Assembly: GCF_004010195.1 (NCBI RefSeq)
Contig: NC_057718.1
Location: 89,254,250 to 89,278,396, forward strand
Direction: 5' to 3'
DNA from: Chiloscyllium plagiosum
Taxonomy: Eukaryota
Length of the DNA stretch: 24,147 bases
Of the stretch, positions 10,769-19,054 are shown one piece after another. The position numbers and the translations under genes are program-made. Position 1 is the stretch's first letter. Each line of letters begins with the position of its first letter. The notes below the pieces were generated by a model. That model saw nothing but the letters and a program-made list of their open reading frames with translations. It did not search any database and was not told the origin of the DNA.

Positions 10769-10906
10769 CTTTAACTGTTTGATTTTGGCCTGGACGTCAC
10801 ATTCAGAGAAGTGCTCAATGTTGGTCAGCTGCAGGTCCATCTCTGTCAACCAGACCAAGATACTCTCACGCGTGGTTTCAAACTCCTCTCGTTGACCAAT
10901 AAAGTG
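10769..10906 (-). CDS. SYNE1: Nesprin coding exon E (138 bp, phase 0 to 0): HFIGQREEFETTRESILVWLTEMDLQLTNIEHFSECDVQAKIKQLK
   Basis: Acceptor ctttttgaacag| and donor AAG|gtaggt. Conserved nesprin sequence. Confidence 0.95.
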
Positions 10907-11134
10907 CTGTTCAAAAAGGAGAAATAAAACAAAGGTGCTTCTAAATCCACGCTCGTGAGAAGCTGATGTCTCGGTAACAGGCTCCTTGACTTCATCCAAA
11001 CCCCACTGTGCTTGACAGTCTCTGTGACACAAGCCAGGAGTCTAACTGCACAAGACTCTCTCTGTCTCTTCTCCCTTTGCCTCAACCTCAATCATCACCA
11101 CGGTTTACACTCTCCACTTTCTGTCTGTTCCTTT

Positions 11135-12025
11135 CAGGTCAGACGAATTGGGACTCGACGCAACTGCTGCAGAGTCCGAAGCAATGGCTTTTGTCCTTTA
11201 TTCAAAGGGAATGGACTATAGAAATGGGGAGGTCCTGTTGAAACTATACAGTCAGTTCTGCTATAACATGGTAGCTCCATTCTGGTGCAATCCCGTATTA
11301 TAAGAAAAGCGTGTAACAGCAGCACTGTCTAAACTAATGAGGCCAGAATCACGTTATAACCAATACATGCTTTAAAAGTTTGTGCTTTAGAAACAGTGTC
11401 CCCACTTCGTCAATCGCGTTGTAGCATATTTGTGTTTACAAAACATGCGTTGTAGCAGTACGACCTGTAGGAGGCACTAGTTTGACCACATCTAGAATAC
11501 CCTGAACAGTTTTCAGCCCCTTATTTAAGGAGAGATATATTGGCACTGGAGGCGGTCCAGAGAAGGGCTGGTCGCAATATGGAAGGATTTTATGGGGAGA
11601 GGTTAAATAGATTGAACCGCATTGGAGTTTAGAAGGAGGAGGGAAAACCTTATTATTAAAATAGACAAGATTCTTAGGGAACTTGAAAAGGGAGACGTTG
11701 TTTCCCCTTGTGAGAGTGTCAAAGACCAGAAGGCACAATCTCAAGGGTCAAGGTTCACCCAGTTAGGACAGACATGGGGTGGAACTTTGTCTCTCAGAGG
11801 TTAACGAATCTGTGGAATTTTTTGTTACCCACAGTGGACTGTTGAGGCTGGGTCATTACGTATAGTCAAGGCTGCGTTAGACATATTCTTCTGGGAATCG
11901 AGGGTTATGGGGAATAGGCAGGAAAGTGGAGTTGAGGATGATCAGATCAGCTGTGATCTCATTGAATGGGGGAGCAGATTCAATGGGCTGAATGGCCTAC
12001 TTCTGTTCCTACTGCAAATGGTCTT
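11135..12025 (+). mobile_element. Old CR1-type LINE 3' fragment interrupted by a MITE
   Basis: FIQREWT/MDYRNGEVLLKLY [MITE] ALV*PHLEY...LEFRRRRENLI...LWN, followed by a tail like 7780-7900. Confidence 0.72.
11249..11467. mobile_element. Non-autonomous Tc1/mariner-pogo (Tigger-like) MITE, 219 bp
   Basis: Flanked by TA on both sides (11247-48, 11468-69). Imperfect TIRs CAGTCAGTTCTGCTATAAC and GTTGTAGCAGTACGACCTG. Removing it restores LINE continuity. Confidence 0.8.
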
Positions 12026-12809
12026 CATCAAGTTTATAGTATGGAGCCAGGTCCTCTTGCAATAAGCGACTGACACAGATGTTTATGCATCATGCAACCC
12101 TAAAACTATCGATGTATCTTTCTGCAGATTCTTCCTCACGTCTTTAGGTTAAATGCATCCGATCTATTTGCCTTCAACCAGTGCAAGAGGTTGTGTTGAT
12201 CTGTGAGAATTAGCTGGGTTATCCCGATTAGATAGTTCCATTGTCTACTGATAATGCTTAATTATTTACATACTTTAATAGCCAGCAATAAAGCCAAGGT
12301 GGGGAAGAAAATAAGGGACAGCAACAATCCTTACAGACAGAGCTAAAGGAAAAAATGATAGCAGCCAAACAGTGTGGCATCAATCAAAAAAACACCAGGT
12401 GTTATAAAAATATACTGCATCTCTGTCACAACTGCCTCCATATTGTTTTCAAAATTCTCCAAAATCTACCATTTGTTCCTCACCATCTCCTTTCAGCTCG
12501 GTGTCCATCTTTCACTTCCTGCTGCTCTATAAAGTGCTGTGTGATGTTTTCTTTCCTCCTCAGTTTTACCTCCATCTTTAATGAATGTTACAAGCCCTGC
12601 TCCAATGATTCCAATGCTTGAAGAGGTCCAGGCATTTTGTTTTTTTTAAAAAAGGAAATCAAACTGAAGCAATTAAAATTGTCCACAGTGCTTCAGGTTT
12701 TGCTATTTGCGCTCATAATGAAATATGAAAAAAAAACCTTTAATTTATTCCCTGACGGTGAAACCCTATTTAGTGGTGAGGAACTAAACTCTTCAAAACT
12801 CTGCGAAAG

Positions 12810-12980
12810 CAACAGAATTCACTCCCGAAACCTCCCCACCTTCCAGGTTCTCCTTAAATCCTACTCCATTGCCCAAGCTTTTGGACATGCTGCCCTAACA
12901 TCTCGTCATTTGTTTTTCGTCTGATAAGTGTTCCTCTGAAGCACCTTAGGACGCTTCATAATACAATAGTGCATTGTACA
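12810..12980 (+). mobile_element. Degenerate L2-like LINE 3' tail
   Basis: NSLPKP...LLKSY...CCAAGCTTTTGG motif shared with 13800-13812; tail GAAGCACCTTAGGACG. Confidence 0.5.
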
Positions 12981-13029
12981 ATAATACAGGGAATGTTAAT
13001 CAGGGAGTCCCTATACAGTCAGCCCTTAC

Positions 13030-13212
13030 TTTCAGTCTCCTGAGGATAGCAGTGACCCTCCTTTGCAGATTGTCCCAGCGCTGGTTTCCCTCGTGGACCA
13101 TGTCTTTGAGTTTACTGCCGGAATCCGTACGGTTTTCACGAGCCAATCGCCGATATTGCTTGTTAATCAGCTCCAGCTGGGTGAGGCTCTCATGGACCTG
13201 ACGTTGAAATGC
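13030..13212 (-). CDS. SYNE1: Nesprin coding exon D (183 bp, phase 0 to 0): AFQRQVHESLTQLELINKQYRRLARENRTDSGSKLKDMVHEGNQRWDNLQRRVTAILRRLK
   Basis: Acceptor cttcgtccctcag| and donor AAA|gtaagg. Conserved nesprin spectrin repeat. Confidence 0.95.
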
Positions 13213-13419
13213 CTGAGGGACGAAGCAGAAAGGACAACATTCGCTCGCGATGCGCAAGGACACAACTTTGCAAACAAAGATCCAAAATGCAAAATGAATC
13301 CCTTATCGGACCCAAAACACAACCGCAAAGCCCGTGAGTACGAGTTGCAGCAAGCCCTGTTCCCCTCTGCTCACCGACCTACATTAGCTCCCAGTCAAGC
13401 AACTGCACTAATTCTGTAA

Positions 13420-13870
13420 TGCAGAGCCCTGTTTTCAAATCCCCCCCCTCAATGGCCTCATGCCCTCCACACCTCTGCAGATGTTTTCAATCAACCTGCT
13501 CAGATATATTACAACACGTGTCTGGAGCAAGACAGAGTTGGACCCAGGCTTTCTGGTCCAGAGGTACCAGTGCACCACAACAGCACTGCTCCCCTCCCGA
13601 CCTTTCTCTACAATCTCTCCCAAATCCGCACATGCCCAGTGTCTAAGATCCTCTGGTTTTTGTCTCTTACGTTCTCCAGATTTTAATTGTTCCAACATTG
13701 GTGGCTGTGCCTTCAGCAGCCTCAGGTTTAACCCATTGAAAATTCCTCCCCTCCCTTCATGTTCGTCCTCTAAGGCTTTGCTTAAGGTCGACCTCTTTGG
13801 CCAAGCTTTTGGTCACTTGGCCCAATATGTCCTGATGTGACCCTTCTAGTTTGCTTTATAATCCTGTGTG
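13420..13870 (+). mobile_element. Degenerate L2-like LINE 3' fragment, interrupted by a short SINE
   Basis: IGGCAFS...IPPLP...SKALLKVDLFGQAF resembles the L2 ORF2 C-terminus. Confidence 0.55.
13483..13585 (-). mobile_element. Short (~110 bp) tRNA-derived SINE, degenerate
   Basis: Homologous to 15145-15258 (TTTTCAA..AACCTG.TCAGA.AT.TTAC...CTGGAGC...CAGAGGTA). Confidence 0.55.
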
Positions 13871-14228
13871 GGCTGTTTCATTGTGGTAAAAGTCAATTAG
13901 CTCAGCTGGATGGAAGGTTAGGTTGTGTCGACAACAGCATGGGTTCAATTCTTCCCCTGGTTGAGGGTACCGAGAAGGACTCTCCTTCTCAAGCTCTTGG
14001 GCAGTGCTGCTGGACAAAGAGACCTTGGATTGCGGGTTCACTGTTTCTTGAGCGTGGAGTCGCAGGTAGACAGGGTGGTGAAGATGATGTTTGGTATGCT
14101 TGCCTTCATTGGTCAGAAATTGAGTACAGGAGCTGGGAAGTCATGTTGCAGCTCGACAAGACATTGGGGAGGCAACGTCTGGAATACTGCGTACAATTCT
14201 GGCCTCCCTGTTACAGGAAGGATGTTGT

Positions 14229-14328
14229 TGACCAGTCCACAACCACCTGATGAAGGAGCAGCGCTCCGAAAGCTAGTGCTTCCAAATAAACCAGTTGGAC
14301 CATAACTTGGTTTTGTGTGATTTTTAAC
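14229..14328 (+). mobile_element. Penelope-like element terminal fragment (100 bp) inserted in the CR1
   Basis: Absent from the paralogous CR1 copy at about 9655-9670. Flanked by GTTGT on both sides. Carries a hammerhead core and AATAAA (14285-14290). Confidence 0.7.
14241..14281 (+). ncRNA. Minimal type I hammerhead ribozyme motif
   Basis: AACCAC-CUGAUGA-A-GGAGC(AGC)GCUCC-GAAA-GCUA-GUGCUU: conserved core boxes, 5-bp stem II, palindromic AGCU in place of stem III, weak stem I. Confidence 0.6.
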
Positions 14329-15144
14329 GTTGTGAAACTTGAAAGGGTTCAGAAAAGATTCACAACAATGTTGCCAAAACTGGAGAGTTTGAGCTATAGG
14401 GAGAGGCTGGGGCTGTTTTCCTTGGAGATCCAGGGAAATCATGAGGGGTATGGATGAGGTAATTTCCTCCCTTCATGGTCCTTTCCTAGGGTAGGGGAGT
14501 CCCAAACTAGAGGGCATAGGTTTAGGGTGAGAGGGGAAAGATTTAAAAGAGACCTAAGGGGCAACTTTTTCACGCAGAGGGTGGTGTGTGTATGGAATGA
14601 GCTGCCAGAGGAAGTGGTGGAGGCTGGTACAATTACAACATTTAAAAGGCATTTGGATGGCGGGTATATGAATAGGTAGGGTTTAGAGGGATATGGGCCA
14701 AATGCTGGCAAACTGGACTGGATTAATTTAGGATATCTGTTCAGCATGGACGAGTTGGACCGAAGGGTCTATTTTCATTCTGTATATCTTTATGTCTCTG
14801 CTCCCATCTGAGGCCCGACAACCCACAGATTAAACCCAACACCAGCAATGGTTGCTCTCCAATGAGACTGTGGGACTTCCCTTCTAAACATTGTTGTCAT
14901 CTCCTATAGGGCTGCATTTGAGGGAGATATGGACAGATCTTGACATTTGCATGACAGTATAAAACAGATTTTAGTGACTTTGAGGCTGGTTTGACATCTA
15001 TGCCAAGTTTTACTGACTGTCAAAATAACTTGTTGGTTTGGGGTGTGGTGGGAGTTAACACATATGTCATCTTCAGGGAAAGTCAGGTTGCAGAATAATT
15101 TCACAAGAATGAGGTGAAGTCTGAAATCCACCACCATTTCAGAT

Positions 15145-15258
15145 ATTTTCAAATTAACCTGTTCAGAGATCTTACTGGACAGCTCTGGAGCCGATGGGAC
15201 CGGAACTCCAGCCCCATGGCACAGAGGTAGGGACACTACCACAGTGCAACATGAACCC
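15145..15258 (-). mobile_element. Short tRNA-derived SINE
   Basis: Minus strand GTTGCACTGTGGTAGTGTCCCTACCTCTG...GGAGTTCCGGTCCC has degenerate A/B boxes; paralog at 13483-13585. Confidence 0.55.
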
Positions 15259-15539
15259 TCCCACACTATTTCAAGTTTGACCTTTTACTAAATCCAATAC
15301 AAACTCCAATGTCCACATTTCTAACTCACACGGGAATTACCATTCCTGCCAGCCCCACTGCACCCCGCGCCCCCCTCCCCATGGCAGCAGAGTGTAACTA
15401 CAGCGTGACACGTTTACATGAGCAGTTCCCATTAAAATTGTGGACATCGCAATTACTAATTCATGGTGAAGTGCTGGGGGGGGGGGGGGGGTTTAAAATT
15501 TTAAGCAACAATATTGTTGCGGCTGTCGGGCACCCGCAC

Positions 15540-15690
15540 CTCGAATTTCTTCAGCTCCTCTTTGGCAACCGTGTATAACACTCCCGAGGAATTAGGCATT
15601 GCTGCTGTCCGTTCTGAGGTTTCAAGCCAGTCTTCAAAGCGAGAATAATCGTCCAGAAACTTCTGCCACAACCGCCAGGTCTCCTCAATC
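15540..15690 (-). CDS. SYNE1: Nesprin coding exon C (151 bp, phase 2 to 0): IEETWRLWQKFLDDYSRFEDWLETSERTAAMPNSSGVLYTVAKEELKKFE
   Basis: Acceptor gtcctctcag| and donor GAG|gtgcgg. The split codon AA+G gives Lys with exon B. Confidence 0.95.
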
Positions 15691-16107
15691 CTGAGAGGAC
15701 AAAAGTGAGGAGAGGTGAGGGGGATGTTTATGACGCAGTGAAATTGAGATGAGGCAGAGTGGGAGGACCCTACGTCAAGGCATGAACAAAAGTAAGTAGC
15801 AACCAGTGGGGCTGAATGGCCTGTTGTCATGCAGCAGGTATGAATAGTTAGGTGTGTGTTTTTGACCAGCGCAGACTCAATGGGCTGAAGGGTCTTTTTC
15901 TCTGCTCTACCCCTCGATGTCTCATTTATGAAATGGCTATTGGGAGACATCCAATGAGCTCAGATTCCCCGAAGCAGAATGTCTGGGCTGTCAGGAGTGC
16001 ACTACGGGTCGAAGGGCAAAACACAAAAGCCCCAGACGACGGTTTCAGCAGCAGAGGGATTGAGGCAGGGTTGGGAAGGTCCTTTATGAAGAGGTGGAAT
16101 TATACCG

Positions 16108-16210
16108 AACAAATACGGAGGATGCTGGAGAAACGCAGCAGGTCTGGCAGCCTCTGTGGAGAGAGAAACATGTTTAACAGTTCAAGTCCAATATGACTCG
16201 TCTTCGATCT
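16108..16210 (-). mobile_element. Penelope-like terminal-repeat fragment with a decayed hammerhead
   Basis: GCTGGAGAAACGCAGCAGGTCTGGCAGCCTCTGTGGAGAGA matches the left arm of 807-869. Minus strand reads UCGAAGAC-GAGUC..GACUU-GAAC (decayed core). Confidence 0.55.
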
Positions 16211-16312
16211 TACATAACGGGGAGAAAGCCCAGATCAGGGTCCAATGCACACCGTGCAGGCAATACTGCCAGCCCCTCCAACCTCTCAGTTCTCCAATGC
16301 TACTCTCCTGTT

Positions 16313-16676
16313 GGCACGGTTGCTCAGTGGTTAGCACGGCTGCCTCACAGCGCCAAGGTCCTGGGTTCGATTCCAGCCTCAGGGCGACTGTCTGTGTGGA
16401 GTTTGCACATTCTCCAAGTGTCGGCGTGGGTTTCCTCTGGGTGCTCTGGTTTCCTCCCACAGCCCAAACATGTGCAGGTTAGGGTGGATTGGCCATGCTA
16501 AATTGCCCATAGTACCCAGGGATGTGCAGGTTAGGTGGATTGGCCATGCTAAATTGCCCATAATACTCAGGATTATGTAGGTTAGGTGGGTTAACCATGG
16601 GAAATGCAGGGACAGAGGTGGGATACTCTTTGGTGGTTGGTGTGGACCCGATGGGCTGAATGGCCTGCTCCCACAC
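16313..16676 (+). mobile_element. HE1-like V-SINE with an extra internal ~51-bp unit
   Basis: Full head, V-domain and tail. ATGTGCAGGTTAGG(G)TGGATTGGCCATGCTAAATTGCCCATA occurs twice, followed by a third diverged unit. Confidence 0.9.
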
Positions 16677-16729
16677 ATGTCGGGGTTGCGTGTCTATTTT
16701 GACAAGCGGCTGGGGACTGCAGCTCTTAC

Positions 16730-16917
16730 TTGAGTCTCCTCTCCATGGACATGGCGCAGATATTCCTCCACCTGCGGTCCAGGTTCCGGGTGGCCTGCTG
16801 GATCGAGTCGCACTCCGTTTCTGTGGCACAGGCATCGCAATCATGCAGCAGCACCTCGCACAGGTTCAGGACAGAGGCCACACCCGTACTGTGCTTCTCA
16901 ATGTCTCGCTGCAACTC
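16730..16917 (-). CDS. SYNE1: Nesprin coding exon B (188 bp, phase 0 to 2): ELQRDIEKHSTGVASVLNLCEVLLHDCDACATETECDSIQQATRNLDRRWRNICAMSMERRL(K)
   Basis: Acceptor tatctgcag| and donor AA|gtaaga. Near-identical to recalled vertebrate nesprin-1 sequence. Confidence 0.95.
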
Positions 16918-17084
16918 CTGCAGATACAAGGTCCCAGGGATTAAAGGAAAGCACCACTTCCCTGACACTGGGCAAACCTGTGGCCCTTGCTTTCTCAAGT
17001 GTTGGACAATCCAACCTTGCTTCATCCCTACAGACTGCGGGAGGGGCTGGACACGCAGATGAGGGAATGTGCACAATGGAGAGC

Positions 17085-17890
17085 GTGGGGGAGAGAGAGA
17101 GAAAACACAAGCTGGCGAACACGGGTGAGAGAGTGAACACGACTCAGAGAGCGAATGCACGAGAGAGGACACGCACAGGAGAGTGAACGGGTGAGAGGGT
17201 AAACGCGAGAGACAATGTGAGAGAGAGTGAATGAGCAAGAGAGTGAATATGAGAGGAACAAAGGAGAAAGTGAGGACTGCAGATGCTGGAGTTCAGAGTC
17301 GAGAATGTGGTGCCGGAAAAGCACAGCAGGTCAGGCAGCTTCCGAGGAGCAAGAGGATTGACATTTCGGGCAGGAGCCCTTTATCCTGATTCTCCTGCTG
17401 CTCGGATGCTGCATGAGAGCAACAAAGTGAGTGAGTGAGTGAACGAGAGTGAGAGTGAGCGAGAATGAGCGAGAGAGTGAGCAAGAGAGTGTGAGAGAGA
17501 GAGTGTGTGAGAGAGAGAGAGAGTGTGAGAGAGAGAGAGAGAGTGTGAGAGAGAGAGAATGAGAGAGAGAGAGAGAGAGTGAGCGAGAGAGAGAGCGCAT
17601 GCGCAAGGGAGAAAATGCGAAACAGAATTAATATGAGAGAGAACACAACAGAGAGAGAGCACAAGAGAGGGAGAGAGAATGCATGAGAATGAATTTGAGT
17701 GAGAATGCGTGAGACAGTGAACACAAGAGTAAAACAGAGAAATGTGCAATGTGAATGCGAGAGAGAAACTGAAAATGTGAGAGAGAGAAAGGAAAACAGA
17801 AAATGAAACAGGGAGGAGAGGGAAGAAAGGGAAAAAAAAAGGGGCGAGAGAAGGCAGGCGCTGATGAGGGAAGAGGGGGAGGAGAAAGAC
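17085..17890. repeat. Long degenerate (GA)n/(GAGT)n purine-rich microsatellite field, interrupted at 17267-17416
   Basis: Seen directly. It accounts for the SL/SH-rich ORF translations. Confidence 0.9.
17267..17416 (-). mobile_element. Penelope-like terminal-repeat fragment with a partial inverted arm and decayed hammerhead
   Basis: Minus strand reads AGGAUAA-AGGGC(UCCU)GCCC-GAAAUGUC...GCTGCCTGACCTGCTGTGCTTTTCC...CAGCATCTGCAGTCC. 17388-17416 is an imperfect inverted copy of 17331-17359. Confidence 0.6.
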
Positions 17891-17899
17891 CAACTCCAA

Positions 17900-18040
17900 C
17901 ACAAAGTGCTTTGAAGCCAATGAAGTGTACTTCCTAAAAGGCCGCTCCTCTGACAGGACAGCACTCCCTCAGTGTTACACGCTGTGCTGAGGTCTCCATT
18001 GTGGGGAATGGACCCCTCACCCAGAGTTACCACAGAGTCC
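17900..18040 (-). mobile_element. Degenerate DeuSINE-like (SacSINE1/AmnSINE1-type) fragment
   Basis: CCTCTGACAGGACAGCACTCCCTCAGT and CAAAGTGCTTT.AAGCCAATGAAGT resemble recalled DeuSINE segments. Confidence 0.45.
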
Positions 18041-18102
18041 CAGTTGAGTTCCCGACGTCTGGTGCAAATGGCCGGGGCAGCAAACAGCGGAGGGTCGCTT
18101 AC

Positions 18103-18265
18103 CTGTTGCTCTGCGAGCTTATGCTGTATTTCCTGGGAATCGCAGGAGTCATAGACGATGGGTTTTGAGAGCTCAGTTTCAATCTGGGCAAGCCACGATC
18201 GCAGGCTGCTCATGTTCTTGTCCAGTTGCTGGACAGCAACCAGCGTCTCCTTCAGCTTCTTCACT
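18103..18265 (-). CDS. SYNE1: Nesprin coding exon A (163 bp, phase 2 to 0): (R)VKKLKETLVAVQQLDKNMSSLRSWLAQIETELSKPIVYDSCDSQEIQHKLAEQQ
   Basis: Acceptor ttgtctttcag| and donor CAG|gtaagc. The peptide matches the recalled nesprin-1 C-terminal spectrin-repeat region and is in frame with exon B. Confidence 0.93.
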
Positions 18266-18719
18266 CTGAAAGACAAGGCCAGAGACGGTCAGTGAAACCC
18301 AAACCCCAGGGCACGGCAAGGTGGGGTGGGGCAGAGAAGGGGAGGGGAGGGTATGGTGGAGCATGGCGGGACCTAGCAGGACAGGGTAAGGTAGGGCAGC
18401 TTCTTTGGGAGGGAGCATTGGCCTTGAGTGGACTGCAATATTCAAGAGGCACTGGATGTTATTGGGAGAGAAATAGTTTTTGCGTGGTTGTGGGGAGATC
18501 GGCACGAGGTAATGATGTTCTTTGAAGAGCTAGTGCAGAGGCAATGGGGTGAACGGCCTCTTTCTGTGCCTGAACACTTCTGTGATTCTCTGAAGTACAG
18601 TTTTACCCTGGCACAGAAACAGGTGAGGTTCTGAGAAGGACCTCATCAAATGATCCTGCATGGTCCAGTGTTGAAACGGATGTGGACTGTGACTGGATGA
18701 GTTATTCAGCCGGGACGTT

Positions 18720-19030
18720 CTGGGGATAAGAGTTCAAATCCCTCTTCGACAGTGGATGGAATTTAAACTGTGGAACGGAAAGCAAGTAAACACGGTTTCT
18801 ACAAAACTCCACCTGGTTCACTAATGTCCATCAGGGAAGGATATCTGACACCATTCCTGCCCTGGCCTACATCTGACTCCACATCCACAGCACCGTCAAC
18901 TTAACCCCAACACGCCCCAACCCACCACACCAACCCCCAACACACTCTCAGCTGATTAAGAAAGCCAGTTAGATCAAGGGTAGCTTAGGATGGACAAGAA
19001 ATTATAGACATCTCAGTGATGCCCACAGCT
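18720..19030 (+). mobile_element. Old elasmobranch tRNA-type SINE remnant
   Basis: B-box GAGTTCAAATCC, core CTGGTTCACTAATGTCC.TCAGGGAAGGA...CTGGCCTACAT.TGACTCCA, and tail CAAGGG...TTAGGATGG. Confidence 0.5.
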
Positions 19031-19054
19031 CAGGGAAAAATATATTTGTTTAAA

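Larger units (their letters stand above)
14015..14800 (+). mobile_element. CR1-type LINE 3' fragment
   Basis: QRDLGLRVH...VESQVDRVVK...LEYCVQFWPPCYRKDVV [insert] KLERVQKRFTTMLP...WNELPEEVV; collinear with 9450-10160. Confidence 0.9.
13890..14878 (+). mobile_element. tRNA-derived SINE split into two parts (~13890-13995 and ~14800-14878) by a CR1 insertion
   Basis: Head TTAGCTCAGCTGG...GGGTTCAATTC (A/B boxes). The body appears to resume after the LINE tail (CTGAGGC...TTAAACC..CACCAG...AATGAGA). The join relies on my recollection of this family. Confidence 0.55.

Noticed and set aside
17293..18276. 327-aa minus-strand ORF
   Set aside because: Only 18265-18103 is the nesprin exon. The rest is read-through past the GT donor into a SINE remnant and CT microsatellite.
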